Assembly: GCA_963666565.1 (NCBI GenBank)
Contig: OY762911.1
Span: 3,008,001-3,072,000 of the forward strand
From: Thermoanaerobaculia bacterium
Lineage (GTDB): Bacteria > Acidobacteriota > Thermoanaerobaculia > Multivoradales > Multivoraceae
Reading direction: 5' to 3'
Length of the DNA: 64,000 bases
In this document: positions 1 through 10,124 of the stretch, piece after piece
Numbering within the stretch: the first letter of the stretch is position 1
Layout: every line of letters begins with the position of its first letter
Position numbers and translations under genes: made by a program
The notes under the pieces: model-generated
Seen by the model: the letters and a program-made list of their open reading frames with translations, nothing else
What the model was told of the DNA's origin: nothing
The model's database searches: none

Positions 1-565
1 GCTCGCCGTCCTCGTCGGCGGGGAAGGTGTCCCGGTGCCACTCCGCTTCCCGGCGGGCCCGCTCGTAGTGCTCTTCGGCGCCGGTCTCGATGCGCTTGCG
101 CAGATGGTAGGCGAGGGAGGAGCCGAGGTGGCCGTTGATGGCGATCAGGCCCTCGCTCCAGCGTTCGAGCGTGCCCTTGTCCATCCGCGGCTTGTAGTAG
201 AAGCCCTCGATGTAGCTGTCGGAGGACAGCTTGACCAGGTTGCGCCAGCCCTCCTGGTTGCGGGCCAGCAGGACCAGGTGGAAGCCGCCGTCGGCGACGC
301 CGTGGGTCTCCTTGTGGCGGCGGTCCGAGGTCTCCGTCTCGATGTCGGGCGCCACGTACGCCTCGATGCCCAGGATCGGCTTGATGTCCTTCTTCCGGCA
401 GGCCTCGTAGAAGGCGACGGCGCCGAACAGGTTGCCGTGGTCGGTCAGCGCCACCGCGTCCATACCGAACCCGGCGATGCGGTCGACCAGGGGGCCCATC
501 CGGTTGCCGCCGTCGAGCAGCGAGTACTCCGAGTGGAGGTGGAGGTGGACGAAGTCGGGCGCCAT
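1..565 (-). CDS. dnaE: DNA polymerase III alpha subunit, N-terminal PHP domain (runs off window start)
   Basis: Not in the ORF track. Manual translation from ATG at 565: MAPDFVHLHLHSEYSLLDG...ALTDHGNLFGAVAFY...KPILGIEAYV...HLVLLARN...GFYYKPRMD, the classic DnaE PHP motifs. Confidence 0.95.
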   Translation of the reverse strand, partial: MAPDFVHLHLHSEYSLLDGGNRMGPLVDRIAGFGMDAVALTDHGNLFGAVAFYEACRKKDIKPILGIEAYVAPDIETETSDRRHKETHGVADGGFHLVLLARNQEGWRNLVKLSSDSYIEGFYYKPRMDKGTLERWSEGLIAINGHLGSSLAYHLRKRIETGAEEHYERARREAEWHRDTFPADEDGE

Positions 566-721
566 GCTCGGTGCGAGTGTACGCGGCCGGCCGGGGCCTG
601 TGGAACGCCGTCGCGCCGCCGCGACGCCGGCTAGCTTCTCACCGCCGGCGGGACGGCGCAAGCGGTTCGCCTGAGCGGCGTTTACGGCAGGCGAACCGGG
701 TTCGAGGCGGTCCGTTCCGTC

Positions 722-3019
722 ATGGTCCATGTGGCTGCTGGATCGGTCGACTGGACGACGGCGCTTCGCCGGGCGCCGCTGCTGCCCCTGGCCGCGGCGT
801 TGGCCCTGCTGTTGCTGGCGCGCGGCGGGGACGGCGCGCGCGCGCCGGCCTTCGATCCGGAGCGGCCGGTCGTGGCGGAGGTCGCCGTGCCGACTCTCGG
901 CGCCTCGGCCTGGCAGCGGGACGAGGACGGATGGACGGCGAGGGCAAGGGTGCGCTGGACCGAGCAGGCGGGCCGGCGGCTCGACGGACCGGCGCGCGTC
1001 TGGCTCCGGTTGCGGGACGAGGGCGCGCCGCCGCGGGAGAGGCGGCTTCGCGTTCGCGGCTACTTCTCGCGGCGGCCGGCGTACCGCAACCTGCACGTGT
1101 CCCGGCCGGGCGAGTGGGGCCTCAACGTGAAGAGCCGCCGGTTGATCGAGGCCGCGGGAAGCGAACCGGGCGCGGGCCTTCGCGCGCTCGGCGGGCTGCG
1201 GCACCGGCTCCTGCGGCCGGTCGACGAGGCGGAGGGCCCCGGCGCCCTGCTGGCCCGCGCTCTGGTGTTCGGCGACGCGCGCCGGGCGCCGCCGGAGTGG
1301 CGCACGGGGCTGCGCCGAGCCGGCCTCTCCCACCTCCTCGCCGTCTCGGGTCTGCACGTCGGGCTGCTGCTGGGCGGGTTCTGGTGGGTCTTCGGCGCGG
1401 TGTCCGGCCGTCTCGCCTGGGCCGGCGCCGTTTCCGTCCTGCTGCTCTACGGGTGCCTCGTCGGCCCGCGGCCGTCCTTTCTCCGGGCGGCGATCATGGC
1501 CCTGCTGGTGGTTCTGGCGATGGCGCTCGAGCGGCCGCCGCAGGCGCTCAATTCGCTGTGCGCCGCGGCGATCCTGATCCTCGCGCTCGATCCGGCCGCC
1601 GGCGGGGATCTCGGCTTTCAGCTCAGCTTTCTGGCCACGGCGGGGATCCTGATCCTGGCGCCCCGCCTGCTGAACCGGTGGCGGGGAGACGCGGCGGCCG
1701 ACCCACCGAACCCGGTGGCGGTTGCGCTGGCCGCCACCGTCGCGGCGCAGCTTGCGACGCTGCCGATCGTGGCGGTCGAGATCGGCCTTCTCACGCCGCT
1801 TTCGCCGTTGCTCAACCTGGCGTTCGTGCCCCTGACGGCGGTGGTGCTCGGCGTTTCGCTGGTCTGGGTCGCCCTGGCGGCCCTGGCCTCGGCGCCCGTG
1901 CTGGCGTTCGTTGCGGGGCCGTGCGCCCGGGCCGTGCAGGCGATTCTCGATCTGCTGAGCCTGCCCTTCGCCTGGCTCGCGCACCTGCCGCCGGGCTCGT
2001 GGTTCGCCCTGCCGGTGAGCGTCGATGGGGCGGCCGCCCTGACCCTGGCGCTTTGGCTCGGCGTCCTGGCGTCGGGGTTCCGGCGGGCGGTCTGGGGCGT
2101 CGCGCTGGTGCTGGTCTGCACGCCGGCGTTGCCGGACGACGAGCCGGTTCTGGCGATGCTCGACGTCGGGCAGGGCGAGGCCATTCTGCTGCGAAGCGGC
2201 GAGCGCGGCCCGGTCGTCCTGGTGGATGGCGGCGGCTTCCGGCGCGGCAACTTCGCCGAGGCGGCCCTGCTCCAGGCCCTCGCGGCGGAAGGCGTCCGGC
2301 GGATCGACCTGGCGATCCTCTCGCACGGCGACTCCGATCACTGTCAGGGTCTTCTCGACCTGAGCCGGTACCTGCGGATCGAGCGGCTGTGGGCGGCGCC
2401 GGTCGAGATCCGGGACGGCTGCGGCCGCGCCTTGGCGGATCGGCTGCGCGGGCGGGTGCGGAAGGTGGAGCGGGGTTTCGCCGGGCGAGTGGGCGCCTGG
2501 AACCTGGAAGTCCTCCATCCCGGGCCGGGTCGGACGGAGGGCGGCAACTCGGCCTCCCTCGTCCTGCGTGGTTGCGTCAGCGGCGAGGCGAGCCCGGGTG
2601 AGCCGGATTCCGGCCGCCGACCGAGGCCGGGAGAGGATCGCGACCTGGACGTCGAGGCCGGGCTGTGCGTGCTCTTGACCGGCGACCTCGACGTCGCTGG
2701 CGAACGGGGACTGCTGGCCCGCACCCGTCGCGAGGACGCTTCGGTAGGAAGCGACGTCCTGAAGGTGGGCCACCACGGCAGCAGAACCTCGACCGGCGCC
2801 GCGCTGCTGGCGGCGGTGAAGCCACGTCTGGCCCTGGTGTCGGCCGGCCGACGCAATCCGTACGGCCATCCTTCGCCGGAGGTGCTGGCGAGACTGGAAC
2901 GCCGGGGGGTTCGCGTTCTGCGAACGGACCTTCATGGCCGGATCGAGGTGCGCTTCCGCCGCGACGGCGCCGGCGGCCGCCGGCCTGTCGTGCGTGTCGT
3001 CGACTGGCCACGCCGCTGA
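722..3019 (+). CDS. comEC: DNA internalization competence protein ComEC/Rec2
   Basis: Competence domain GLSHLLAVSGLHV, RAAIM, GFQLSF. Metallo-beta-lactamase domain LDVGQG, SHGDSDH, LLTGD, KVGHHGS, NPYGHP. Confidence 0.93.
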   Translation: MVHVAAGSVDWTTALRRAPLLPLAAALALLLLARGGDGARAPAFDPERPVVAEVAVPTLGASAWQRDEDGWTARARVRWTEQAGRRLDGPARVWLRLRDEGAPPRERRLRVRGYFSRRPAYRNLHVSRPGEWGLNVKSRRLIEAAGSEPGAGLRALGGLRHRLLRPVDEAEGPGALLARALVFGDARRAPPEWRTGLRRAGLSHLLAVSGLHVGLLLGGFWWVFGAVSGRLAWAGAVSVLLLYGCLVGPRPSFLRAAIMALLVVLAMALERPPQALNSLCAAAILILALDPAAGGDLGFQLSFLATAGILILAPRLLNRWRGDAAADPPNPVAVALAATVAAQLATLPIVAVEIGLLTPLSPLLNLAFVPLTAVVLGVSLVWVALAALASAPVLAFVAGPCARAVQAILDLLSLPFAWLAHLPPGSWFALPVSVDGAAALTLALWLGVLASGFRRAVWGVALVLVCTPALPDDEPVLAMLDVGQGEAILLRSGERGPVVLVDGGGFRRGNFAEAALLQALAAEGVRRIDLAILSHGDSDHCQGLLDLSRYLRIERLWAAPVEIRDGCGRALADRLRGRVRKVERGFAGRVGAWNLEVLHPGPGRTEGGNSASLVLRGCVSGEASPGEPDSGRRPRPGEDRDLDVEAGLCVLLTGDLDVAGERGLLARTRREDASVGSDVLKVGHHGSRTSTGAALLAAVKPRLALVSAGRRNPYGHPSPEVLARLERRGVRVLRTDLHGRIEVRFRRDGAGGRRPVVRVVDWPRR

Positions 3020-3025
3020 CGCTCG

Positions 3026-3167
3026 CTGGGTGCGCGGGTCCTCCGACCCGCTCCGGGTGCAGCCGCGAAAGCGGCGGGGACCGGGGAGAGAACGGATGCC
3101 GGCCAGAGGCCGGCGCCGACTGGGCGCCGCCTTCGGGGGCAGCGGGTCAGAAGACCCGCGTACCCAG
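3026..3167. repeat. REP-like family 1, inverted pair (3026-3051 and 3142-3167)
   Basis: CTGGGTGCGCGGGTCCTCCGACCCGC ... GCGGGTCAGAAGACCCGCGTACCCAG. Confidence 0.85.
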
Positions 3168-3225
3168 TGGACCCGGCGGGCGGCCCGTTCCTTCCAACGG
3201 CGCGGGGCGGGGCTATCCTGCGCGC

Positions 3226-4218
3226 ATGTCTCCGCTTCCCTGGCAGGCCGTCGCCGTACTCGGCCCGACCGCCACCGGCAAGAGCTCCTTCGCGATGGCC
3301 CTCGCCGCCGATTTCGCGGCCCGCGGGCTCGCCGTCGAGTTGATCGGCGCCGATGCCTTGCAGGCCTATCGGGGGCTCGCCATCGGCACGGCGAAGCCCG
3401 GTCCGAGAGCCCGGACGCGGGTGCGGCACCACCTCGTCGACATCCTCGAACCGCACCAGACCTTCTCGGCCGGCGAGTTCGCGCGCCGCGCGGCCGCCGC
3501 GGTGGAGGAGATCGAGGCCCGCGGTGCGCTGCCGGTCTTCGTCGGCGGCAGCGGCTTCTACCTGCGCGCGCTCCTTGAGGGCCTGGCGCCGGTACCGGCA
3601 ATCGATCCCGAGATGCGCGAGGCACTGCGGGCCGACCTGCGCTCGCGCGGCCTCTGCGTTCTGGTCGAGGAACTTCGCCGGCTCGACCCCGAGAGCGCGG
3701 CGAACCTGGCGCCGGGCGACACGCAGCGCGTCCTTCGGGCGCTCGAGGTCGCGCGCGCCACCGGCCGCCCGCTGTCCGAGTGGCAGCGCCAGGGGACGGA
3801 GCGGCGCCTCGAGCGGCGCGTGCTCAAGGTCGGATTGACCCTGCCGAGAGCCGTTCTGTACGATGCCGTGGAGAAGCGGGCGAGACGCATGCTGGAGCGC
3901 GGCTGGCTTGCCGAGGTCGAACGGCTGCGGGAAGCCGCGGAGGCGCGCGGCGGTTGTCCATGCGGGGAGTTGCCGGCGTTCCAGGCCATCGGCTACCGCC
4001 AACTCGCCGGCCACCTGGATGGGAAGTTGACGCTGGAGGAGGCCTTGGAGGAGACGATCCGGGCGACCCGCCGCTACGCCAAGCGGCAGGAGACGTGGTT
4101 CCGCAAGGAGCCCGGCGTCCGCTGGATCGATGTCTCGCGGGCCGGCGAAGCCGAGCGGATCCGGCGGCGGGTCGTCGAGGCACTGGCCAGCGGCCGGCCG
4201 GTCGAGGCGTCGCCGTGA
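3226..4218 (+). CDS. miaA: tRNA dimethylallyltransferase
   Basis: GPTATGKS P-loop, IGTAKP, HHLVD, VGGSGFY, AIGY, TRRYAKRQ. ATG at 3226 follows TATCCT at 3214-3219. Confidence 0.95.
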   Translation: MSPLPWQAVAVLGPTATGKSSFAMALAADFAARGLAVELIGADALQAYRGLAIGTAKPGPRARTRVRHHLVDILEPHQTFSAGEFARRAAAAVEEIEARGALPVFVGGSGFYLRALLEGLAPVPAIDPEMREALRADLRSRGLCVLVEELRRLDPESAANLAPGDTQRVLRALEVARATGRPLSEWQRQGTERRLERRVLKVGLTLPRAVLYDAVEKRARRMLERGWLAEVERLREAAEARGGCPCGELPAFQAIGYRQLAGHLDGKLTLEEALEETIRATRRYAKRQETWFRKEPGVRWIDVSRAGEAERIRRRVVEALASGRPVEASP

Positions 4219-5213
4219 GCGCCTCCCGCTACCTGGGGGCGGCGTTGGCCGCCGCCCTTGGGGGCGGCGCCTGCATTTCGACTGCCATTGTCGAACCGCC
4301 GCCACCCGATGTCGCCGAGATCGACGCTGGCAGCCCGACTGGCGAGGTGTCCGCGTCGGTGCCCGAGGCGGTTGTCGAGGAGGAGGCCATCGGGGAGGTC
4401 AGGCGCCGGATCGTTGCGGCACTCGATGCCGGGAAGCTGGCCGACGCCGCAACGCACCTCGAGGTGCTCCGATTACGGGCGCCCGGCGATGCGGCGACCA
4501 TCGACCTGGGACGCCGCCTCGCGCGAGCCCGCGGAGACGCCGGGGCCGAACTGGCGGCGACGCGGGAACTCGTCGCGGCCGGCGCCGCCTCCGTGGACGT
4601 GCTCCAGCGCCAGGCGGCGCTGGAACTCGAGGCGGGAGACGCCCGCCGCGGACTGGAGCTCTACGAAGAGCTCGCCGAACGGCATCCCGGGAACGCCGAG
4701 ATCGAGGCCGGCCTGACCGCGGCCCGCTTCGCCTGGCGCATCCGGCTGCTGCCGGAACGCGTGGGGAGACTGGCGCGGGCGTCGAACCTGCTTCGGGGAG
4801 ACTTCGCGGCGCTCACTGCCTGGCTCCTGCCCGGGATCAGGACCGGGCCGGCCGGCGACACCGTCATCGTCAGCGACATCCTGGAGCATCCCCACCGGCG
4901 CGAGATCGCGCGGCTCCTGAATCTGGGGCTGATGGAACCCGCGGACGCGGCGGTTCGCCGGTTCGGGCCGAACAACTACATGCGCCGGGGGCCGGCCCTG
5001 GCGACGCTGCTCCGCATGCCGGGCCGCATCGGCCGCGGTGCGGCCTGCGTCGGCGAGGCGGGCGCACCGGCCGCGGACGACGTGGACGCCGTGTGCGCGG
5101 CGGCCCTGCGCTGCCGGCTGATCTCGGGGCCGTCGGAGTGCCGCCCGGAGCGGGCGGTTTCGGGGCCCGAGGCCGTGGAGGCCCTGCGCCGCACGCGTCA
5201 CCTGATCGAGTAA
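4215..5213 (+). CDS. Putative lipoprotein with TPR-like helices and a possible SLH-like C-terminal region
   Basis: GTG overlaps the miaA stop (GTGA). Signal peptide with lipobox-like LGGGAC. Helical repeats, then SDILEHPHRREIARLLNLGLM, which resembles an SLH motif. Confidence 0.55.
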   Translation: MSASRYLGAALAAALGGGACISTAIVEPPPPDVAEIDAGSPTGEVSASVPEAVVEEEAIGEVRRRIVAALDAGKLADAATHLEVLRLRAPGDAATIDLGRRLARARGDAGAELAATRELVAAGAASVDVLQRQAALELEAGDARRGLELYEELAERHPGNAEIEAGLTAARFAWRIRLLPERVGRLARASNLLRGDFAALTAWLLPGIRTGPAGDTVIVSDILEHPHRREIARLLNLGLMEPADAAVRRFGPNNYMRRGPALATLLRMPGRIGRGAACVGEAGAPAADDVDAVCAAALRCRLISGPSECRPERAVSGPEAVEALRRTRHLIE

Positions 5214-5306
5214 CGTCGCCGCCTGGATACGCCGGACCCGGCCCGCCGAGAGCGGCAATCGTCAGGCGGGCAAGCCCGGCAACCCCTCGACCGTTCGGAG
5301 CCGCCG

Positions 5307-5930
5307 ATGACCGCAGTCGCTTCTTCCGCCGCCGCCAAGCTCGACCGGGATCGGGCCATCGTCCTCGTCATCGACCTCCAGGGCCGGCTGGTGGACCTGA
5401 TGGACCGGTCGCGAATGCTGCTGGACGGCACCGCCCGGTTGCTGCGGCTGGCGCAGTTGTTCGACCTGCCGGTCATCGTGACCGAGCAGTACCCGCGGGG
5501 CCTGGGGCCGACGCGCGAGGAGGTGGAGGAGGCGATCGCGGAGACGGACCCGGACGGCAGCCGCACCCGGCGGGTCGAGAAGGACTCGTTCGGCTGCTGC
5601 GGCGTGCCGGCGTTCGAGGAGGCGCTGGACGCCGCGAGGCCCGGATTGCCGGCGTCCGAGCGGCAGGTCGTCGTGGCCGGAATCGAGGCGCACATCTGCG
5701 TCGTCCAGACCGTGCTCGACCTGCTGGGGCGCGGCACGGACGTCCACGTCTGCTGGGACTGCGTCAGTTCCCGCGGCGAGGAGTACCGGCGCCATGCGCT
5801 CGATCGGATGGGAAACGCGGGCGCGCAGATCACGAACCACGAGTCGGTGGCCTTCGAGCTTGCCCGGGACAAGGACCATCCCCGGTTCAAGGGCGTGAAC
5901 CGGCTGCTTCGGGAGGGCCAGATCGCTTGA
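5307..5930 (+). CDS. Isochorismatase-family cysteine hydrolase
   Basis: LVIDLQ, TEQYPRGLGPT, EKDSF, AGIEAHICVVQT. Confidence 0.9.
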   Translation: MTAVASSAAAKLDRDRAIVLVIDLQGRLVDLMDRSRMLLDGTARLLRLAQLFDLPVIVTEQYPRGLGPTREEVEEAIAETDPDGSRTRRVEKDSFGCCGVPAFEEALDAARPGLPASERQVVVAGIEAHICVVQTVLDLLGRGTDVHVCWDCVSSRGEEYRRHALDRMGNAGAQITNHESVAFELARDKDHPRFKGVNRLLREGQIA

Positions 5931-6745
5931 TTCCGGCGCACCGACAGGCCGCCAGAGCGGAGCCGGCCTCCGGCCGGCGCTGTTCTTCGGCCGCCTCCGG
6001 CGGCAGCGGGTCGGAAGACCCGCGCACCCGGCGGATCCTGTTCCCCGCGCGGCAGCGCCGCGGAGACCCGCTGGCCCTGCTGGCGTGGGCCGTGGTGGCG
6101 GCGTTGCTGTGCCAGCTTGCCGTCGCCCAGGCGCCGGCGGAGGCGAAGGACGACGAGGCGGCGGTCCGCGCGACCTTCGAGGCCTACCGCCAGGCGTTGA
6201 TGGCCGGCGACGGGGAGACGGCGGCAGCTCTGGTCGACCGGGACACCGGGACGTACTTCGGGGAGCTCAAGCGGCTGGCGCTCGAGGGAAGCGAGGAGGA
6301 GGTTCGCCAGCGGACGTTCGTCGATCGCCTGCTGGTCGTCGCCTTCCGCCACCAGTTCGCCAGCGAGGAGCTGGCGTCGATGCAACTCGCCGACGTCGTC
6401 GTGCGCGCCACGGAGATCGGCTGGATCAACTCGACGGCGATCGAGCAACTGGCCGTCGGCGCGGTGCGGATCGAGGGGAACGAGGCGACGGCCGCCGCCC
6501 GGACCCGGGCGTCGCTCGAGGATCCTTCTCTCGCGGGCGGGATGGACGAGCTGGCGTATCGCTTCGTCAACGAGGGCGGGCAGTGGAAGTTCCGGTTCAG
6601 CGCGCTCGTCTCGTCGATCGACGAGGTGATGCGCGACCTCGCGGCGCAGCTCGGCACGGACGAGGACGACCTCATCTTCACGCTGGTCGAGTCCCTGACG
6701 GGCGTGGAGGTGCTGCCGGAGGTCTGGGAGTCGCGGGAGCGCTGA
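5927..6745 (+). CDS. Hypothetical exported protein (possible NTF2-like fold); start uncertain
   Basis: Hydrophobic signal LALLAWAVVAALLCQLAVA, then DEAAVRATFEAYRQALMAGDGETAA...FVNEGGQWKF. TTG at 5927 overlaps the upstream stop. Confidence 0.6.
   Translation: MIPAHRQAARAEPASGRRCSSAASGGSGSEDPRTRRILFPARQRRGDPLALLAWAVVAALLCQLAVAQAPAEAKDDEAAVRATFEAYRQALMAGDGETAAALVDRDTGTYFGELKRLALEGSEEEVRQRTFVDRLLVVAFRHQFASEELASMQLADVVVRATEIGWINSTAIEQLAVGAVRIEGNEATAAARTRASLEDPSLAGGMDELAYRFVNEGGQWKFRFSALVSSIDEVMRDLAAQLGTDEDDLIFTLVESLTGVEVLPEVWESRER
5960..6031. repeat. REP-like family 1, extended three-hairpin copy
   Basis: Core at 6006-6031, preceded by gccgcctccggcggc and ccggcctccggccgg hairpins. Confidence 0.8.
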
Positions 6746-6757
6746 TCGGGAGCGGCG

Positions 6758-6841
6758 GCGGGTCGGAGGACCCGCGCACCCGGCGGGCGGGTCGGAAGAC
6801 CCGCGCACCCGGCAGGCGGGTCGGAGGACGCGCGCACCCGG
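6758..6841. repeat. REP-like family 1, three direct tandem copies with 29-bp period
   Basis: gcgggtcgga(g/a)gac(c/g)cgcgcacccgg-type units at 6758, 6787 and 6816. Confidence 0.9.
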
Positions 6842-6863
6842 CGGCGCCGGCCGTTCGGTGCGG

Positions 6864-6869
6864 TACGAT
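6864..6869 (+). promoter_or_regulatory. -10-like TACGAT 6 nt before the first gene of the MoxR operon (likely leaderless)
   Basis: cggTACGATcccgccGTG. Confidence 0.5.
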
Positions 6870-6875
6870 CCCGCC

Positions 6876-7763
6876 GTGCCGAGCAGGCGAACAGCGTGCC
6901 TGATTCTGGTCGCGGCTCTCGTGGCGGGCGGAGCGGCGGCCCTGGTGGCCACGGCCGCGGCGCCGGCGCCGGCCCCGGGTCCCCAGGTCCGGGCCTCGGA
7001 CGAGCGGCGCGGCTTCCGCTACCGCAACCGCTACTCGCTGCCGCCGGAGGCGATGCCGCTGTTCGAGCGGCACCTGCCGCGGCCGGTCCACCCGGACGAG
7101 GTGCTCCGGGAGTTCTACTTCACCCGTCTCGCCTACAGCGGCAGTCCCTACATGGGCCGGGGCAGTTGGTCGGTGGACTTCCCCAAGGCCGACGTGCAGT
7201 TCATGATCGGCCTGAAGCGGCTGCTCGACCAACTGGACGCCTACGACTACTACAACGCGCGCCAGGCCACGGATCCGGAGCTCTACCGGTTCCCCTTCCT
7301 CTACTCGGTCGAGGTCGGCCACATGGCGCTCCGGGAGGACGAGCGCGAGGCCCTGCGCCGGTACCTGCTCGCCGGCGGCTTCTGGGTCATCGACGACTTC
7401 TGGGGCACCTGGGAATGGGCGAACCTGGAGCGCGAGCTGTCGCTGCTCCTGCCCGGGTACGCGATCGTCGAGATCCCTCTCGACCACCCGATCTTCCACT
7501 GCTTCTACGACGTGGAGGAGATCCTCCAGGTGCCGAACGTGGGGCAGGGGCGCTACGGCGGCCCGACCTGGGAGCAGGACGGCTTCACGCCGCACGTCCG
7601 CGGCATCTTCGACGAGCGCGGCCGGCTGATGGTCGTCATCAACTGGAACACGGATCTCGGCGACGCCTGGGAGTGGGCGGAAGACGAGTGGTATCCGGTG
7701 CGGTTCTCCCACTACGCGTACCAGATGGGAGTCAACTTCGTCGTGTACGCGATGTCGCACTGA
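6876..7763 (+). CDS. DUF4159 domain protein (copy 1), exported
   Basis: FYFTRLAY, WSVDFPKAD, YLLAGGFWVIDDFWG, DHPIFHCFY, NTDLGDAWEW, GVNFVVYAMSH. GTG at 6876 follows TACGAT. Confidence 0.85.
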   Translation: MPSRRTACLILVAALVAGGAAALVATAAAPAPAPGPQVRASDERRGFRYRNRYSLPPEAMPLFERHLPRPVHPDEVLREFYFTRLAYSGSPYMGRGSWSVDFPKADVQFMIGLKRLLDQLDAYDYYNARQATDPELYRFPFLYSVEVGHMALREDEREALRRYLLAGGFWVIDDFWGTWEWANLERELSLLLPGYAIVEIPLDHPIFHCFYDVEEILQVPNVGQGRYGGPTWEQDGFTPHVRGIFDERGRLMVVINWNTDLGDAWEWAEDEWYPVRFSHYAYQMGVNFVVYAMSH

Positions 7764-7805
7764 GCGCGGCGACGCTTCCTCCCGGTTTCTTCCCCTTCCG
7801 TTGCC

Positions 7806-10124
7806 ATGGTCGGTCTGTTCGAGTTCCTGTTCAAGTACCGGCCGGCCCTGTTCGAGGAGGGCCGGTTCGCCTTCGTCGGCCCGGGCTGGACGCAGGCGGC
7901 GGCGCTGGTGGCCGGCGCCCTGCTCGTCGTGGCCGTCTTCACCTACCGCCGGATGCGCCCCGGTTCGGCCGAACGGACCGCCGGCGCCGAACGCCTGCGT
8001 TGGCTGCCGCCCGTGTGCCGCTCGCTGGCGATCGTCGTCGTCGTCTTCTGCCTGCTGCAGCCGGCCCTGGTGCTGTCGACCGTGGTGCCGCGGGAGACCT
8101 TCGTCGGCGTCGTGGTCGACGACTCGGGCAGCATGGCCATGCCGGACGAGGCGGCGGCCGCCGACGGCACCCGCGGCGGCGCCGTGCTGGAGGCCCTCTC
8201 CGGCGAGCCCGGCTCGATGCTGGACCGCTTGCGCGAGCGGTTCCAGGTGAGGATCCTCGCGTTCGGCCGCACGGCCGAGCGGATCGAGTCCGCGGAACAG
8301 CTCCGCTTCGCGCGGTCCGAGAGCCGGATCGGCGAGGCGCTGGTCGCCGCCGGCGACGAACTGGCCGGGCTGCCGCTCTCCGGCCTGGTGCTGTTCTCCG
8401 ACGGCGCCGACTCGGCGCCCGCCGAGCTCGGCGACGCCCTGCTCACCCTGCGCGCCGCCGGGACGCCGGTTCACACCGTCGGCGTCGGGCGGCCGCGGCT
8501 GCGGAAGGACATCGAGGTCTCGCGGGTGGTGGCCCCCCGGCGCGTGCTTCAGGGCTCCACGGTCGAGGTCGAGGTCACCCTGTCGCAGACCGGGTTCGGC
8601 GGCCGCACGGTGGACCTGGAGGTCGAGGACGACGGACGGATCGTGAACGTGGAACAGGTGACCTTCCCGCGCGGCGGTTCGGCGGTCACGGCCCGCGTCA
8701 TGTTCGCGGCGAACGACGAGGGGGCGCGGGAGTTCCGCTTCCAGGTCGCCGGCCAGCCGGGCGAGGAACTGCTGCCGAACAACGAGCGGACGGCCCTGGT
8801 GGAAGTGCTCAAGCGGAGGGAGAAGATCTTCTTCTTCGAGGGCGAGCCGCGCGACGAGTCGAAGTTCCTGCGCCGGGCGGTCGGCCTGGACGAGAACCTG
8901 CAGGTCGTGTCGATGACGAGGCAGGCGGCGAACAAGTTCTACGGCATGAACTTCGACGAGGACACGCGGCGCTTCGAGGGGTTCCCGACCCGGCGCGAGG
9001 ACCTGTTCGAGTACAGCGGCGTGATCCTGGGGAGCATGGAGGCGAGCTTCTTCACCCACGACCAGATGCGGATGCTGGTGGACTTCGCCGCCCGGCGCGG
9101 CGGCGGCGTGCTGCTTCTCGGCGGCCGGCGCGCGTTCTCCGAGGGCGGTTTCGCCGGCACGCCGCTGGCCGAGTTGTCGCCGGTCGTGCTCCGCGAGCGG
9201 TCGGCCGACGAGGGCCGCCCCGAACTGCTGACGGATCTGCGGCTCGACCTGACGCCCCAGGGGCGGGCCCACCCGGCCACGCTGCTGCGCGACGACCGCG
9301 AGGAGTCGAACGAGCTCTGGCCGACCCTGCCGGCGCTCTCCTCCTACCAGCGCGCGACCGGGATCAAGGCGGGCGCCACCGCGCTGCTCCAGGCGGAGAG
9401 CCCGATGGTCCGCGACCCGCTGATCGTCCTCGCGCACCACCGGATCGGCCGGGGACGGGCGATCGCCTTCACGCCGCACGATTCGTGGCACTGGCAGATG
9501 AGCGCCGACATCCCGCTGGAGGACCAGACCCACGAACGCCTGTGGCGGCAGATGCTGCGCTGGCTGGTGTCCTACGTGCCGGACCGGATCGAGGTCGAGG
9601 CGGACCGCGACCGGTTCGAGCCCGGCAGCACCGTCACCCTGCGGGCGACCGTGCGCGACGAGGCGTTCCGGGAGGTCAACCGGGCGCAGGTCGTGGCGGC
9701 GATCGAACTGCCGTCCGGCGAGGAGGTCGAGGCGCCGCTCGACTGGTCCGTCGAACGCGACGGGGAGTTCACGGGGACCTTCACGGCCGGCGAGCCCGGC
9801 CTCTACCGGGTGGAGGTGGACGCGAGGTCGGAAGGCGAGCTGCTCGGCGTCGCGTCCTCCCGCTTCGCCGTGGACGACCTGAACGAGGAGCTGTTCGGCG
9901 CCGCCCGCCGGGATTCCGTCCTCAAGCGGATCGCGAGCGAGTCGGGGGGCCGGCAGGTCGAGCTGGGTCAGGCGGACCGCCTGGTCGAGGACCTGTCGCT
10001 GAGCCAGGAGGGGACCGTGGTGCGGGAGGCGCGCGACCTCTGGGACATGCCGATCCTCTTTCTGGCGCTGGTGGCGCTGCTGGGCGGCGAGTGGGCCGTC
10101 AGGCGCCGCCTGGGGATGGCGTGA
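7806..10124 (+). CDS. Membrane-anchored vWA / class I glutamine amidotransferase-like domain protein
   Basis: Two N-terminal TM segments, MIDAS-like DDSGSM, LFSDG, GGGVLLLGG, GRGR...SWHW, C-terminal LWD...EWAVRRRLG TM anchor. Confidence 0.75.
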   Translation: MVGLFEFLFKYRPALFEEGRFAFVGPGWTQAAALVAGALLVVAVFTYRRMRPGSAERTAGAERLRWLPPVCRSLAIVVVVFCLLQPALVLSTVVPRETFVGVVVDDSGSMAMPDEAAAADGTRGGAVLEALSGEPGSMLDRLRERFQVRILAFGRTAERIESAEQLRFARSESRIGEALVAAGDELAGLPLSGLVLFSDGADSAPAELGDALLTLRAAGTPVHTVGVGRPRLRKDIEVSRVVAPRRVLQGSTVEVEVTLSQTGFGGRTVDLEVEDDGRIVNVEQVTFPRGGSAVTARVMFAANDEGAREFRFQVAGQPGEELLPNNERTALVEVLKRREKIFFFEGEPRDESKFLRRAVGLDENLQVVSMTRQAANKFYGMNFDEDTRRFEGFPTRREDLFEYSGVILGSMEASFFTHDQMRMLVDFAARRGGGVLLLGGRRAFSEGGFAGTPLAELSPVVLRERSADEGRPELLTDLRLDLTPQGRAHPATLLRDDREESNELWPTLPALSSYQRATGIKAGATALLQAESPMVRDPLIVLAHHRIGRGRAIAFTPHDSWHWQMSADIPLEDQTHERLWRQMLRWLVSYVPDRIEVEADRDRFEPGSTVTLRATVRDEAFREVNRAQVVAAIELPSGEEVEAPLDWSVERDGEFTGTFTAGEPGLYRVEVDARSEGELLGVASSRFAVDDLNEELFGAARRDSVLKRIASESGGRQVELGQADRLVEDLSLSQEGTVVREARDLWDMPILFLALVALLGGEWAVRRRLGMA

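Noticed and set aside
665-699. 10-bp hairpin ggttcgcctg/caggcgaacc between dnaE and comEC
   Set aside because: A single short GC-rich inverted repeat with no U-tract and no second copy; a function cannot be supported.
6758-6841. Three 29-bp tandem repeats as a mini CRISPR array
   Set aside because: There are no unique spacers (only 3-nt linkers) and no cas genes, and the same unit is dispersed across the window as a REP-like repeat.
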